Made by a program: the position numbers and the translations under genes. DNA of 64,000 bases from Opitutaceae bacterium (GTDB taxonomy: Bacteria > Verrucomicrobiota > Verrucomicrobiia > Opitutales > Opitutaceae). This document shows, piece by piece, positions 15,724 to 25,099 of this stretch. The notes under the pieces are model-generated. The model was not told the DNA's origin and did no database searches. It saw only the letters and a program-made list of their open reading frames with translations. The stretch spans positions 6,633-70,632 of the forward strand of contig JBBAVH010000025.1 of assembly GCA_040397825.1 (NCBI GenBank). Reading direction: 5' to 3'. Every line of letters begins with the position of its first letter. The stretch's first letter is position 1.

Positions 15724-17031
15724 ATGAGCGAGCATTGGAGATCACGAGCCGTCTCGCCCGCCGACGTCGTCTCGGCGGTCGGCAACGGCGCGGTCCTTTT
15801 CCTGCACGGCGCCTGCGCCACGCCGCTGCCGCTGGTCGAAGCCTTGTGCGCGCGCCGCGACCTCGAGGGCGTGCGGCTCTACCACCTGCACACCGCGGGC
15901 CCGGCGCCGTTCGCCGAGCCGGGGCGGGAGCGCGAGTTCCGCTCCGTCTCGCTCTTCACCGGCGCCCCGCTGCGCTGCGCGGTCAATGAAGGCCGCGCCG
16001 ACTTCATCCCGATCTTCCTCTCCGACATCCCCGCGCTGTTCACCTCCGGGAGCGTGCGCCTCGACGTCGCGGTGTTGCAGGTCTCCCCGCCCGACCGCCA
16101 CGGCATGTGCTCGCTCGGGACCTCATGTGATGCCGCCAAGGCCGCCGCGGAATCCGCCCGCCTGGTGGTCGCGGAGATCAACGAGCAGATGCCGCGCACG
16201 CACGGCAACAACGTGCTCCCCTTCGAACGCATCCACGCCTTCATCGCCACCGACCGGCCGCTGGCCGAGCATCACGCCGAGCCCGAGACGAACGTCGAGG
16301 CCCGGATCGGCGAACTCGTGGCCGGCCTGGTGGAGGACGGCTCCACGCTGCAGATGGGGATCGGCGGCATTCCCGACGCCGTGCTCTCGCGCCTCCACCA
16401 CAAGCGCGACCTCGGCATCCATACGGAGATGTTCTCCGACCGTGTCGTCGACCTCGTCGAGGCGGGCGTCGTCACCAACCGCGCCAAGGCCGTGGGCCAG
16501 GGCCGGCTTGTGACGAGCTTCGTCACCGGCACACGGCGCCTCTTCGACTTCGTCCACGACAATCCGTTGGTCTCCTTCCATCCCTGCGATTGGACCAACG
16601 ACACGGCGGTCATCCGCCGGAACCCGCGGGTGGTGGCGATCAACTCCGCCCTGCAGGTCGACCTCACGGGCCAGGTCTGCGCCGACTCCCTCGGGCACCG
16701 CATCTTCTCCGGGATCGGCGGCCAGCTGGACTTCATCCGCGGCGCGGCGCTGTCCCGCGGCGGCAAACCGGTGATCGCGCTGCCCTCGACCGCGGCCGGC
16801 GGGCGGGTGTCGCGCATCGTGCTGCAGCTCGATCCCGGCGCCGGAGTGGTGACGACCCGCGGGCACGTGCACTGGGTCGTCACCGAGCACGGTGCGGTGA
16901 ACCTCCACGGCCTGACGCTGCGCGAGCGCGCGGAGGCGCTGATCTCGGTCGCGCACCCGGATTTCCGCGCCGGTCTGCGGCGCGAGGCCGCGGCCGTGCG
17001 GCATTTCCCCCCGCTTTCCACCGCCGCCTGA
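15724..17031 (+). CDS. Acetyl-CoA hydrolase/CoA-transferase family protein (4-hydroxybutyrate CoA-transferase-like)
   Basis: Start reset to MSEHWRSRAVSPADVV. Motifs GSTLQMGIGGIPDAV, GIHTEMFSD, NSALQVDLTGQV, SGIGGQLDFIRGA. Confidence 0.92.
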   Translation: MSEHWRSRAVSPADVVSAVGNGAVLFLHGACATPLPLVEALCARRDLEGVRLYHLHTAGPAPFAEPGREREFRSVSLFTGAPLRCAVNEGRADFIPIFLSDIPALFTSGSVRLDVAVLQVSPPDRHGMCSLGTSCDAAKAAAESARLVVAEINEQMPRTHGNNVLPFERIHAFIATDRPLAEHHAEPETNVEARIGELVAGLVEDGSTLQMGIGGIPDAVLSRLHHKRDLGIHTEMFSDRVVDLVEAGVVTNRAKAVGQGRLVTSFVTGTRRLFDFVHDNPLVSFHPCDWTNDTAVIRRNPRVVAINSALQVDLTGQVCADSLGHRIFSGIGGQLDFIRGAALSRGGKPVIALPSTAAGGRVSRIVLQLDPGAGVVTTRGHVHWVVTEHGAVNLHGLTLRERAEALISVAHPDFRAGLRREAAAVRHFPPLSTAA

Positions 17032-17032
17032 C

Positions 17033-17992
17033 ATGAACCTCCCCTCGACGGCCGAAGTTTCCTCCGCCCCCGCCGGGCCGGCCGGCGGCAACGGCCGGTT
17101 GTCCGCCTCCCAGAGCCGCGCGCTGGTGAACCAGCTGCGCCGCGCGCAGATCTTCCGCGACTACGAGAGTGCCTTCCGCGAGACGACGGGCCTGCCGATC
17201 TCGCTGCGGCCGGTGGAGGCGATCGACCTGCCGCACCACGGCGACCCGTGCGAGGCGCCCTTCTGCGCGCTAATGGCGCAGACCAACCACTCCTGCGCCG
17301 CGTGCCTGCAGCAGCAGCGGCGCGTCGAGGAGGAGGCGCGTCTCGAACCGAAGACCCTGCGCTGCTTCGCCGGCCTCTGTGATTCGGCGGTGCCGGTGCG
17401 CGTCGGGGAGCAGGTCGTGGCCTTCCTGCAGACGGGTCAGATCCTCCCGCAGGCTCCGACGAAGGCCGCCTTCAACCGCGCCGCGCGCGAGCTGCTCCGC
17501 TACGGGGTGAACGCGGACGTGAAGCGGCTGGAGGAGGCTTATTTCCAGACGCGGGTCGTGCCGCGGCCGCACTATGATTCGATCCTGCGGCTGCTGGCGA
17601 TCTTCGCGCAGCACCTCGCGGCGGTGAGCAACCAACTGCTGGTGCAGGGCGCGGCGGCGGAGGCGCCCGCGATCACGCGTGCCCGCCGGTTGATCGCGGA
17701 CCGCCACACGGAGGAACTCTCGCTCGGCGAGGTGGCGCGCGCCGTCAACATGAGCGCCTTCTACTTCTGCAAGAGCTTCAAGAAGGCCACCGGCATGACG
17801 TTCACCGACTACCTGGCGCGCGTGCGCGTCGAGAAGGTCCGCAATCTCCTGCTCAACCCCCACAAGCGCGTGAGCGAGGCCGCCTACGAGGCCGGCTTCC
17901 AGTCCCTGAGCCAGTTCAACCGCGTGTTCCGGCGCGTCGCCGGCGAGGCGCCGACCGCCTATCGGGCCCGCCTGCACGGCGGAGGCCGCTGA
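17033..17992 (+). CDS. AraC-family regulator with PocR ligand-binding domain
   Basis: N-terminal PocR-like FCALM...C...CFAGL..SAVPV...GQI. C-terminal double HTH MSAFYFCKSFKKATG...AYEAGFQSLSQFNRVF. Confidence 0.92.
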   Translation: MNLPSTAEVSSAPAGPAGGNGRLSASQSRALVNQLRRAQIFRDYESAFRETTGLPISLRPVEAIDLPHHGDPCEAPFCALMAQTNHSCAACLQQQRRVEEEARLEPKTLRCFAGLCDSAVPVRVGEQVVAFLQTGQILPQAPTKAAFNRAARELLRYGVNADVKRLEEAYFQTRVVPRPHYDSILRLLAIFAQHLAAVSNQLLVQGAAAEAPAITRARRLIADRHTEELSLGEVARAVNMSAFYFCKSFKKATGMTFTDYLARVRVEKVRNLLLNPHKRVSEAAYEAGFQSLSQFNRVFRRVAGEAPTAYRARLHGGGR

Positions 17993-18072
17993 GCGCGGGC
18001 GTGGACGGCGATCCAGGCGAACGCCGGGAAATCATGACGGAAATCGGGCGTCTTCAATTCAGAACCGCCCCC

Positions 18073-19425
18073 ATGACCGCCCCGCGTCCCGCCCGTTGGC
18101 CATCGATCGCCCTCAGATTTCTCCTGACGGCGGTACCGTTCCGGGCGGTGGCGCAAGGCATGCCGGATTATGAGAAGCCGCCGGTGAACTACTCCGCGAC
18201 TCCGCCAGTCGATGCGGTCGCTGCCCTCCAACGGCGCCTCGACGCCGGTTTCCCGGGGTGGAAGGGCGACGATCGCACGATACTTGCCGCGCTGCTCGAG
18301 GAACTGCGGGTGCCGGTGGCGAGCCAGGTCGTGGTCTTTTCCAAGACGAGCCTGCAGCGCGGCCGCATCCACCCGGCCCATCCGCGCGTGATTTACTTCT
18401 CCGACGACGCCTACGTGGGCTGGGTCCCGGGCGGACTCATGGAAGTGACAACGATCGATCCCGTGCTGGGGCCGGTCTTCTACGCGGTCGACCCGCGTGG
18501 CTTCGCCCGCGGCAAGCCGCGGTTCGTGCGCGACGGCGAGTGCCTGAGCTGCCACGGCGGCTCGTTCGTGCGGGATGTTCCAGGCGTGCTGGTGCGCAGC
18601 GTCTTCCCCGCGCGCAGCGGCGAGCCCCTGCTGCGCTTCGGCTCGACCGTGGTCGACGACCAGACGGCCTTCGGCGACCGCTGGGGTGGCTGGTACGTGA
18701 CCGGTTACCACGGTCAGGCCCCGCATCGCGGGAACGCGTTCGCCGCCGAGGCGGGCGACCAGCTGGACTTCACGCCTTCGGCGGCGCGCCCGGACGAGCT
18801 CTCGGCGTTCTTCGACCCCGCGGCCTACCTGGCACCGACGAGCGATGTCGTCGCGCTGCTCATCCTCGAGCATCAGGCCTCGATGCAGAACACGCTCACC
18901 CGCGCGGCCTTCGCGGCGCGGCGCATGATCGCCTACCAGCGCGGCCTGCAGCGCACCTTCAAGGAGCCCGAGACCGACGAGCCCGCCTACGACAGCGTGC
19001 GCAGTGTGTTCAACGGCGCGGCGCAGGACATCGTCGACCGGCTGCTCTTCCGCGGTGCGGCCGACCTGCCGGCGGGAGTGGAAGGCGGAAAGGCCTTCCG
19101 CGACGCCTATGCCGCGGGCGCGCGGCGCACGGCGACCGGCCTGAGTCTCCGGGATCTCGATCTCAAGGGTCGGCTCTTCGCCCGCCGCTGCAGCCCGCTC
19201 ATCTACTCGGAGACCTTCGCATCCCTGCCGGTGCCGTTGAAGAACCTCGTCTTCGACCGACTGGGGTCCGCGCTCGAAAGCGAGGACCCGAAGGCCCGCC
19301 ACGCTTATCTTCCGGCCGCCGAGCGCCGGCAGATCCTCGGTATCCTGCGGGAAACGCATCCCGAGGCCGCGCGCCGTTGGATGGAAAAATCGGCGACGGC
19401 GGGCACGCGGCCGGCGGGGGACTGA
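18073..19425 (+). CDS. Exported protein with a single CxxCH heme-binding motif, function unknown
   Basis: Signal-peptide-like N terminus from MTAPRPARW (18073; upstream starts at 18001/18034 are possible). ECLSCHGG motif. Confidence 0.75.
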   Translation: MTAPRPARWPSIALRFLLTAVPFRAVAQGMPDYEKPPVNYSATPPVDAVAALQRRLDAGFPGWKGDDRTILAALLEELRVPVASQVVVFSKTSLQRGRIHPAHPRVIYFSDDAYVGWVPGGLMEVTTIDPVLGPVFYAVDPRGFARGKPRFVRDGECLSCHGGSFVRDVPGVLVRSVFPARSGEPLLRFGSTVVDDQTAFGDRWGGWYVTGYHGQAPHRGNAFAAEAGDQLDFTPSAARPDELSAFFDPAAYLAPTSDVVALLILEHQASMQNTLTRAAFAARRMIAYQRGLQRTFKEPETDEPAYDSVRSVFNGAAQDIVDRLLFRGAADLPAGVEGGKAFRDAYAAGARRTATGLSLRDLDLKGRLFARRCSPLIYSETFASLPVPLKNLVFDRLGSALESEDPKARHAYLPAAERRQILGILRETHPEAARRWMEKSATAGTRPAGD

Positions 19426-19449
19426 GCCGACCCTCTCAGGGCGGCTCAG
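19422..19449. terminator. Hairpin between convergent genes
   Basis: CTGAGCCG(A)CCCT-CTC-AGGG-CGGCTCAG: 12-bp stem with one bulge. No U-tract. Confidence 0.55.
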
Positions 19450-19460
19450 GCTTCGACTTC

Positions 19461-21398
19461 TCAGCGCCAGCTTTCGTCGAAGAAACCAGCGTCGGCGATC
19501 CTGCCGGGCCAACGCGCACCGGGCGGCTCGCGCAGGTCGATCACCGCGTGGTCGGGTAGCTTCGGGATCTGGAGCGCGTTGGTGCCGTACGCGTGTTCGC
19601 GGAAGTCGATGCCGCTGTTGAGCACGACGTAGCGCGCGGGGTTCAGGGGGTTGGGGAAGATCAGGATCGGCGCGTGGTGGGCGGCGTCGTAGGTCTTGCC
19701 GCGGAACTCCAGCACCTTGGCGTCCCAACGCAGCGGCAGCCCGGCCAGCACGCGGGCGAGGACGCGGTTCGACGCCGGGTCGCCCCAGAGGATGAGGTTG
19801 CGGCCGGCCAAGTCGGCGTCGGTAACCGCGGCGTCGTCCTTCACCGGTGCGTCGCCGCGGAAGATGTCGCGCCACATCTTCGAGGCATGGTCCAGCTCGC
19901 CCGCCGCCCAGGAGCCGACGGCCGCGTTGAGCGGGCGGCCCGTGGGGCGGACGAACAGAAAAGGCGCCATGAACGCGTCGTTTACCGGGCCGGTCAGCCC
20001 CGGAGCCTTGCGCAGGCCAGTGGGAGCGCCCGGCACCCAGCGGCCGTCCGCGCGTCGGAGCGTGATGCCTGCGGGGCCAACGGCAGTCACGGGAATCGCC
20101 TGCCCGTCGATGGTCACGGAGCGTGCTTCCGGCAGCAGGAGCCGGATGGCGGTGGTGCCTGCGGTCGTGATGACGACGCGGCCGGCCTCGTCACGGGTGC
20201 CCGTGAGGTCGGCGCGTTCCCAATGGCGGGCGAGGCCCTCGAAACGCAGCCAGGACTCGCCGGGGTAACGCAGCGTGTAGGTGGTGAGGCGCAGTTCGCG
20301 GGGCAGTGGATCCCGGCCGCGCTCGAGCAGGGCCTCGAGTCTCGCGGTGAGTTCGCGGCGCGTCTCGGGGTGGTACTTGTGGGCGGTCTGGGGGCCGACG
20401 AGATGGGGAATCTCGAGGCCCTCCGTGGCGGCGGCCTGCACCATGAAGTCGGCTGCTGCCTTCTGCGGGTCGGTCTCTCCGCTGTAGGCGATGGTCGGGC
20501 AGTTGAACAGGTTGCGGGCGTAATCGGTCGCGCTGTACCAGTGCCAGAGCCGCTGCTCCCACCACGTGGGCGGCTCCTTGCCGGGAGCGAACGCCTTGGT
20601 GTAGCGCTCCACCTCGACGAAGCCGGCGCCGGGCGCGGCGGCCGCCCAGAGTCCGGCGTGATGGGTGGCGAGGTGCCACGCGCTGGCGCCGCCCATCGAA
20701 AAGCCGGCCACGAGGATGCGGTCGGCGTCGATCGCGTAGGTGCCACGCATCGCGGCCATCGCCTCAAAGACGTCGGTTTCCCCCGCGAACTTCGTGGCGT
20801 TGCAGAAGCGTCCGTACGGCACGAGCGTGACGACCCCCTCGGGCGTGAGCTGCGGGGGGCCGGCCTCCCGTTCCGCGATGAACGCGAGCTCGGAGCGTTT
20901 TTCCCCGCGGCCGAGCAGCCACACCATGAGACGCGCCGGCCGGTCGCGCCGCGTGCCGGCGGGAACGACGAGACCGTAGGGTTGCACCGAGCCGTCGAGC
21001 GCCGAGCGGTGGCCGCGCACGATCAGCCCGGTGGCGTCCAGCCATGGGGCCCGGCCGGCGCGGAGGGCCGCCAGCCGTTCCTGCCCGGTCGCGAGGGCGC
21101 GGCGGGCGGCGGTGACCTGTTTCGGGTCGAAGACCTCGTCGTGGCGCAGCGCCCAGTCGACGGCCTTGTGGAAGACCTCGGCGTCGGGCAACAGCGCGGC
21201 CAGTGCGGGGTGAAACGAAGGCAGTTCCTGGGCGGCGGCATCTAGCCCGGCCCGGAGCGCGGCGGCGCCGGCGGTGAGCTCGGCCCGGGCGTCGGCTGGA
21301 ATGGCGATGCCCGCCGGCGGCAGCCGCTTCGCGGGCGGCGGCGGCGTCTGGGCGGAGAGGCCGGCGGCGAGAAGGAAGGCGAGAGCGGCGGCGCGCAT
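19461..21398 (-). CDS. Exported alpha/beta-hydrolase (esterase / prolyl oligopeptidase-like)
   Basis: Start reset to MRAAALAFLLAAGLSAQ. Nucleophile elbow GFSMGG, then GETDP and AHKY. Confidence 0.88.
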   Translation of the reverse strand: MRAAALAFLLAAGLSAQTPPPPAKRLPPAGIAIPADARAELTAGAAALRAGLDAAAQELPSFHPALAALLPDAEVFHKAVDWALRHDEVFDPKQVTAARRALATGQERLAALRAGRAPWLDATGLIVRGHRSALDGSVQPYGLVVPAGTRRDRPARLMVWLLGRGEKRSELAFIAEREAGPPQLTPEGVVTLVPYGRFCNATKFAGETDVFEAMAAMRGTYAIDADRILVAGFSMGGASAWHLATHHAGLWAAAAPGAGFVEVERYTKAFAPGKEPPTWWEQRLWHWYSATDYARNLFNCPTIAYSGETDPQKAAADFMVQAAATEGLEIPHLVGPQTAHKYHPETRRELTARLEALLERGRDPLPRELRLTTYTLRYPGESWLRFEGLARHWERADLTGTRDEAGRVVITTAGTTAIRLLLPEARSVTIDGQAIPVTAVGPAGITLRRADGRWVPGAPTGLRKAPGLTGPVNDAFMAPFLFVRPTGRPLNAAVGSWAAGELDHASKMWRDIFRGDAPVKDDAAVTDADLAGRNLILWGDPASNRVLARVLAGLPLRWDAKVLEFRGKTYDAAHHAPILIFPNPLNPARYVVLNSGIDFREHAYGTNALQIPKLPDHAVIDLREPPGARWPGRIADAGFFDESWR

Positions 21399-21430
21399 GG
21401 TGGGATTCGCTCGGCGCGATCCGGCCGGAA

Positions 21431-22222
21431 TCAGATCTTCGCGAGGATCGCCTTGATGCGCTGCCATGCGTCGGTGCGGGCCTTCTTGTTCTCGGGGCTG
21501 CCGGCCGGGTCCTCACCCGCGCGCATGAAGCCGTGCCCCGCGCCCTCGTAGGTCACGGGCTCGAAGAACTTTCCGGCGGCCTTCATCCCTTCGATGGCGG
21601 CGGGAAGGCCGGCGTTGATGCGGGCGTCGTTGCTCGCGTAGAAGCCGTGGAGCGGGGCCTTGATGCGCGGCATGTCCTTGGGGTCGGCCGAGGAGCCGTA
21701 GAACACGAGGCCCGCCTGGATGGAAGGGTTGTGCACCGCATGCAGGAAGGTCTTGGCCCCACCCCAGCAGAATCCGCCCACGACGACCTTGCCGTTGCAG
21801 GCGTCGAGCTTGCGGACGTGCGCGATCGCGGCGTCGAGGTCGGCGTCGATCTGGGTTTGCGCGAGGCCCTGGATCTTGGCGCGCGCACCGTCGGGCCCGC
21901 CGAGCGATTCGGTGCCGCCTCCGTTGGGGCCGGCGCCGGAGAGGAAGTCGGGCGCGATCGCGATGTAGCCCGCCTCGGCGAACTGGTCGACCATCCCGCG
22001 CATCCAGTCGGTGAGCCCGAAGATCTCGTGGATGAGGACGACGGCGGTGGCCTTGCCCTTGACCTCGGGGAAGCCGACGAAGCACTTCACCTCGCGGCCG
22101 CCGTGGCGGACGGTGACCCACTCGAGGTGGCGCGGGGACTTGTCGAGGCGGGCCTTGGCCCAGTCCTGCGCGTGGGCAGGCAGGGCGGCGAGGAAGGCGA
22201 GGAGGAGGGCGACTTTCTTCAT
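21431..22222 (-). CDS. Dienelactone hydrolase family protein with signal peptide
   Basis: Start reset to MKKVALLLAFLAALPAHA. Motifs IHEIFGL, GFCWGG, YEGAGHGF. Confidence 0.92.
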   Translation of the reverse strand: MKKVALLLAFLAALPAHAQDWAKARLDKSPRHLEWVTVRHGGREVKCFVGFPEVKGKATAVVLIHEIFGLTDWMRGMVDQFAEAGYIAIAPDFLSGAGPNGGGTESLGGPDGARAKIQGLAQTQIDADLDAAIAHVRKLDACNGKVVVGGFCWGGAKTFLHAVHNPSIQAGLVFYGSSADPKDMPRIKAPLHGFYASNDARINAGLPAAIEGMKAAGKFFEPVTYEGAGHGFMRAGEDPAGSPENKKARTDAWQRIKAILAKI

Positions 22223-22378
22223 GGTGGCGGTGTGGCTTTGGGGATGGAGCAGGGTGGTTCGAGGCAACGGTGCTCGTCCTATCGAGGCAAGCGCGGCGGG
22301 GTCGGATCGGGGCCGGAGGTGCCCGAGAAGCGCCATCGTGGGCTCGCGCCCGCGGGTCGTGCGCGGCAGGTTTTTCCC

Positions 22379-23890
22379 ATGAGTATCGCCAATTCTCGGA
22401 ACCGTCGCGGGAGCATGGTCCTGACCTTGGCCGCCATCGTGAGTCTGGCGGCGCCGGCGTGGTCCGCCGATGAGCCGCTGTCCGACCAAGCACGGACGGC
22501 GATGCAGCGCGCGACCGCGTTCATGCGCTCGATCTCCACCGAAGGCGGCTACCTCTGGCGCTATTCGCCGGACCTGCGCGAGCGGGCCGGGGAGAACGAG
22601 GCGACATCCTCCCAGATCTGGGTGCAGCCGCCGGGCACGCCGTCGATGGGCATGGCCTTCCTGCGCGCCTGGGAGGTCACGGGTGAGGCGCATTACCTAG
22701 ACGCCGCCAAGGCGGCCGCCGACGCGCTCGCCGCCGGGCAGCTGGAATCGGGAGGCTGGGACTACCTGGTCGACTTCGATCCCGCGCAGGCCGTCCGGTG
22801 GTACCGGCGGACCGACATCGGGCGGGTTACCCCCGCCGAGGCGGAGAAGCGCCGCAACGTGTCCACCTTCGACGACGACAACACGCAGAGCGCGTTGCGC
22901 CTGTTGCTGGCCGTGGCCGACGCGCCGAAGGGGCCGGCCGGCGACGCGCGGGATGCACGCATCCGGGCTGCCCTCGACTACGGCCTGCGCCGCCTGCTCG
23001 AGGCGCAGCGTCCCAACGGCGGCTGGCCGCAGCGTTGGAGCGGCGCGCCGGTCGATCCGGCGACCCACCCCGTCCAACCGGCGCGTTTTCCGGAATCATA
23101 CCCGCGGGAGTATCCGAAGGAAAACTACATGGGGCATTACACGCTGAACGACAACACGCACCGCGATTGCGTCATGACGCTGCTCGACGCGGCGCGGCGC
23201 GCGGGCCGGGCGGAGTACCGGGCGGCGGCGCTGCGCGGCGGCGACTTCCTGTTGCAGGCGCAGTTGCCGGAGCCGCAGCCGGTCTGGGCGCAGCAGTACA
23301 ACGGCCGCATGGAGCCGGCGTGGGCGCGGGCCTTCGAGCCGCCCTGCGCGGTCTCGGGCGAGAGCGTGGGGGCGATCCGGCTGCTGTTGGACCTCCATCT
23401 GGAGACGGGGGAGGCGCGCTTTCTGGAGCCGATCCCTCGGGCGCTCGCTTGGTTCCGCCGCTCGGAGCTTTCGCCCGGCACGTGGGCGCGGATGTACGAG
23501 CTGCGTACGAACGTCCCGATCTACGGCGATCGCGACGGGAAGATAAAGTACCGGATCGAGGATCTCAGCCCCGAGCGACAGACGGGCTACTCCTGGAAGG
23601 GCCCCTACGGCTTTCCCGCAGTGGAGCGCTATTATCAGGAAATCATGGCGGCGGGCCGGGAACGCATCCTGGCCGACCGCGCGGCGGCCGCGGCGAAGGC
23701 TCGTACCGCTTCAGCCCGCGCCGCGCGCGCCAAGCTCCTCGAGCCGCGGGTCCGGGAGATCATCGCGGCGCTTGACGCTCAGGGCCGCTGGCTCGGCTCC
23801 GCCGGCCGCCGACCGGGTCCTCACATCACGACGGACCGCTTCATCGCCCACTTGGGCGTGCTCTGCGACTATCTCGAGGCGGTGAAATAG
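22379..23890 (+). CDS. Pectate lyase family 10-like protein
   Basis: Signal peptide. PL10-like motifs STFDDDNTQSA, QRPNGGWPQ, YTLNDNT and WAQQY...PAWARAFEPP. Start supported by TCGCGC-N17-CAGGTT-N6-ATG. Confidence 0.8.
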   Translation: MSIANSRNRRGSMVLTLAAIVSLAAPAWSADEPLSDQARTAMQRATAFMRSISTEGGYLWRYSPDLRERAGENEATSSQIWVQPPGTPSMGMAFLRAWEVTGEAHYLDAAKAAADALAAGQLESGGWDYLVDFDPAQAVRWYRRTDIGRVTPAEAEKRRNVSTFDDDNTQSALRLLLAVADAPKGPAGDARDARIRAALDYGLRRLLEAQRPNGGWPQRWSGAPVDPATHPVQPARFPESYPREYPKENYMGHYTLNDNTHRDCVMTLLDAARRAGRAEYRAAALRGGDFLLQAQLPEPQPVWAQQYNGRMEPAWARAFEPPCAVSGESVGAIRLLLDLHLETGEARFLEPIPRALAWFRRSELSPGTWARMYELRTNVPIYGDRDGKIKYRIEDLSPERQTGYSWKGPYGFPAVERYYQEIMAAGRERILADRAAAAAKARTASARAARAKLLEPRVREIIAALDAQGRWLGSAGRRPGPHITTDRFIAHLGVLCDYLEAVK

Positions 23891-23940
23891 GTCCGGGCCG
23901 GGCGCTTGCCTCGGTTCGGCGACGGAACGATCGTTTCCCC

Positions 23941-25083
23941 ATGAGCAAGCCTTCCCTGCAGATGGTGCACGGCCAGCCCTCGTGGGTCGTGCGTTCCAGC
24001 CACGTCCACGCGTGCCTCACGCGCCTCGGCGGCCACCTCGGGCCGGTGACGTTCCGGCTCGGGGGGCGCACCGTGAGTCCGTTCTCGGTGGCGCCTTGGG
24101 CGGAGGAGCCCGAGGCGCGGAAGACGATCCCGCTCCTGCGCGCGCTGCGGGGCGACTTCTTCTGCGCGCCCTTCGGGGGCAACGGCACTCCTTGGCGTGG
24201 CGAGCGTCACCCGCCCCATGGCGAGCCCGCCGGGGCCAATTGGCGCCTCGCCGGTGTGGAGCACGCCGACGACGCCGTCACCCTCCGCGCCCGGCTCGAC
24301 CTGCGGGTGCGGCGCGGCCGGGTCGAGAAGATCGTCCACCTGCCCGAGGGCGAGGCGGTGGTGTACCAGCGGCACGTCATTTCGGGGGCCAGCGGCGCGA
24401 TGACTTTGGGCCATCATGCCATGATCAAGTTTCCGGATCAGCCTGGTTCCGGCGTGGTGAGCACGAGCGCGTTCACCCGGGCTCAGGTCTTCCCCGGCGA
24501 GTTCGAGGCGCCCGAGAACCGGGGCTACAGCGCGCTCAAGCGCGGCGCGATGTTCCGCTCGCTGGGCAAGGTTCCGCTGGCGAACGGCGGCACGACCGAC
24601 CTCTCGGTGTATCCGGCTCGCCGCGGGTTCGAGGACCTCGTGATGCTCACGGCCGATGCCGCGCAACCGTTCGCCTGGAACGCGGTGACCTTTCCCTTGC
24701 AGCGCTACGCTTGGTTCGCGCTGCGCGATCCGCGGATGCTGCGGCACACCGTGCTCTGGATCTCCAACGGCGGGCGGCATTACGCGCCGTGGAACGGCCG
24801 GCACACCGGGGTGATGGGCATCGAGGACATCACCGGCTATTTCCACCACGGACTCGCCGAGTCGGCGCGGTCCAATCCAATCAGCCGGCGGGGCATCCCG
24901 ACGACGGTGAAGCTCAACCCGCGGCGGCCCACGGTGGTGAACTACATCATGGGCGCCGCGGCGCTACCCACGGGTTTCGACCGCGTGGCCGACATCCGCC
25001 CGGTCAAGGGCGGCGTCGAGCTCATCGCTGCGAATGGCAAGCGGGCGCGGGCCGCGGTCGACCTCGGCTGGCTCGGCGGCTGA
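23941..25083 (+). CDS. Conserved hypothetical protein, possibly galactose-mutarotase/aldose-epimerase-like fold
   Basis: 380 aa with clean coding pattern. RGDFFCAPFG...HPPHG resembles mutarotase N-terminal motifs; the fold call is inference. Confidence 0.65.
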   Translation: MSKPSLQMVHGQPSWVVRSSHVHACLTRLGGHLGPVTFRLGGRTVSPFSVAPWAEEPEARKTIPLLRALRGDFFCAPFGGNGTPWRGERHPPHGEPAGANWRLAGVEHADDAVTLRARLDLRVRRGRVEKIVHLPEGEAVVYQRHVISGASGAMTLGHHAMIKFPDQPGSGVVSTSAFTRAQVFPGEFEAPENRGYSALKRGAMFRSLGKVPLANGGTTDLSVYPARRGFEDLVMLTADAAQPFAWNAVTFPLQRYAWFALRDPRMLRHTVLWISNGGRHYAPWNGRHTGVMGIEDITGYFHHGLAESARSNPISRRGIPTTVKLNPRRPTVVNYIMGAAALPTGFDRVADIRPVKGGVELIAANGKRARAAVDLGWLGG

Positions 25084-25099
25084 AGGCCGACCCCCTTGG

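Noticed and set aside
17959-19875. 638-aa minus-strand ORF
   Set aside because: Arg-rich shadow of the CxxCH protein and an off-frame overlap of the esterase.
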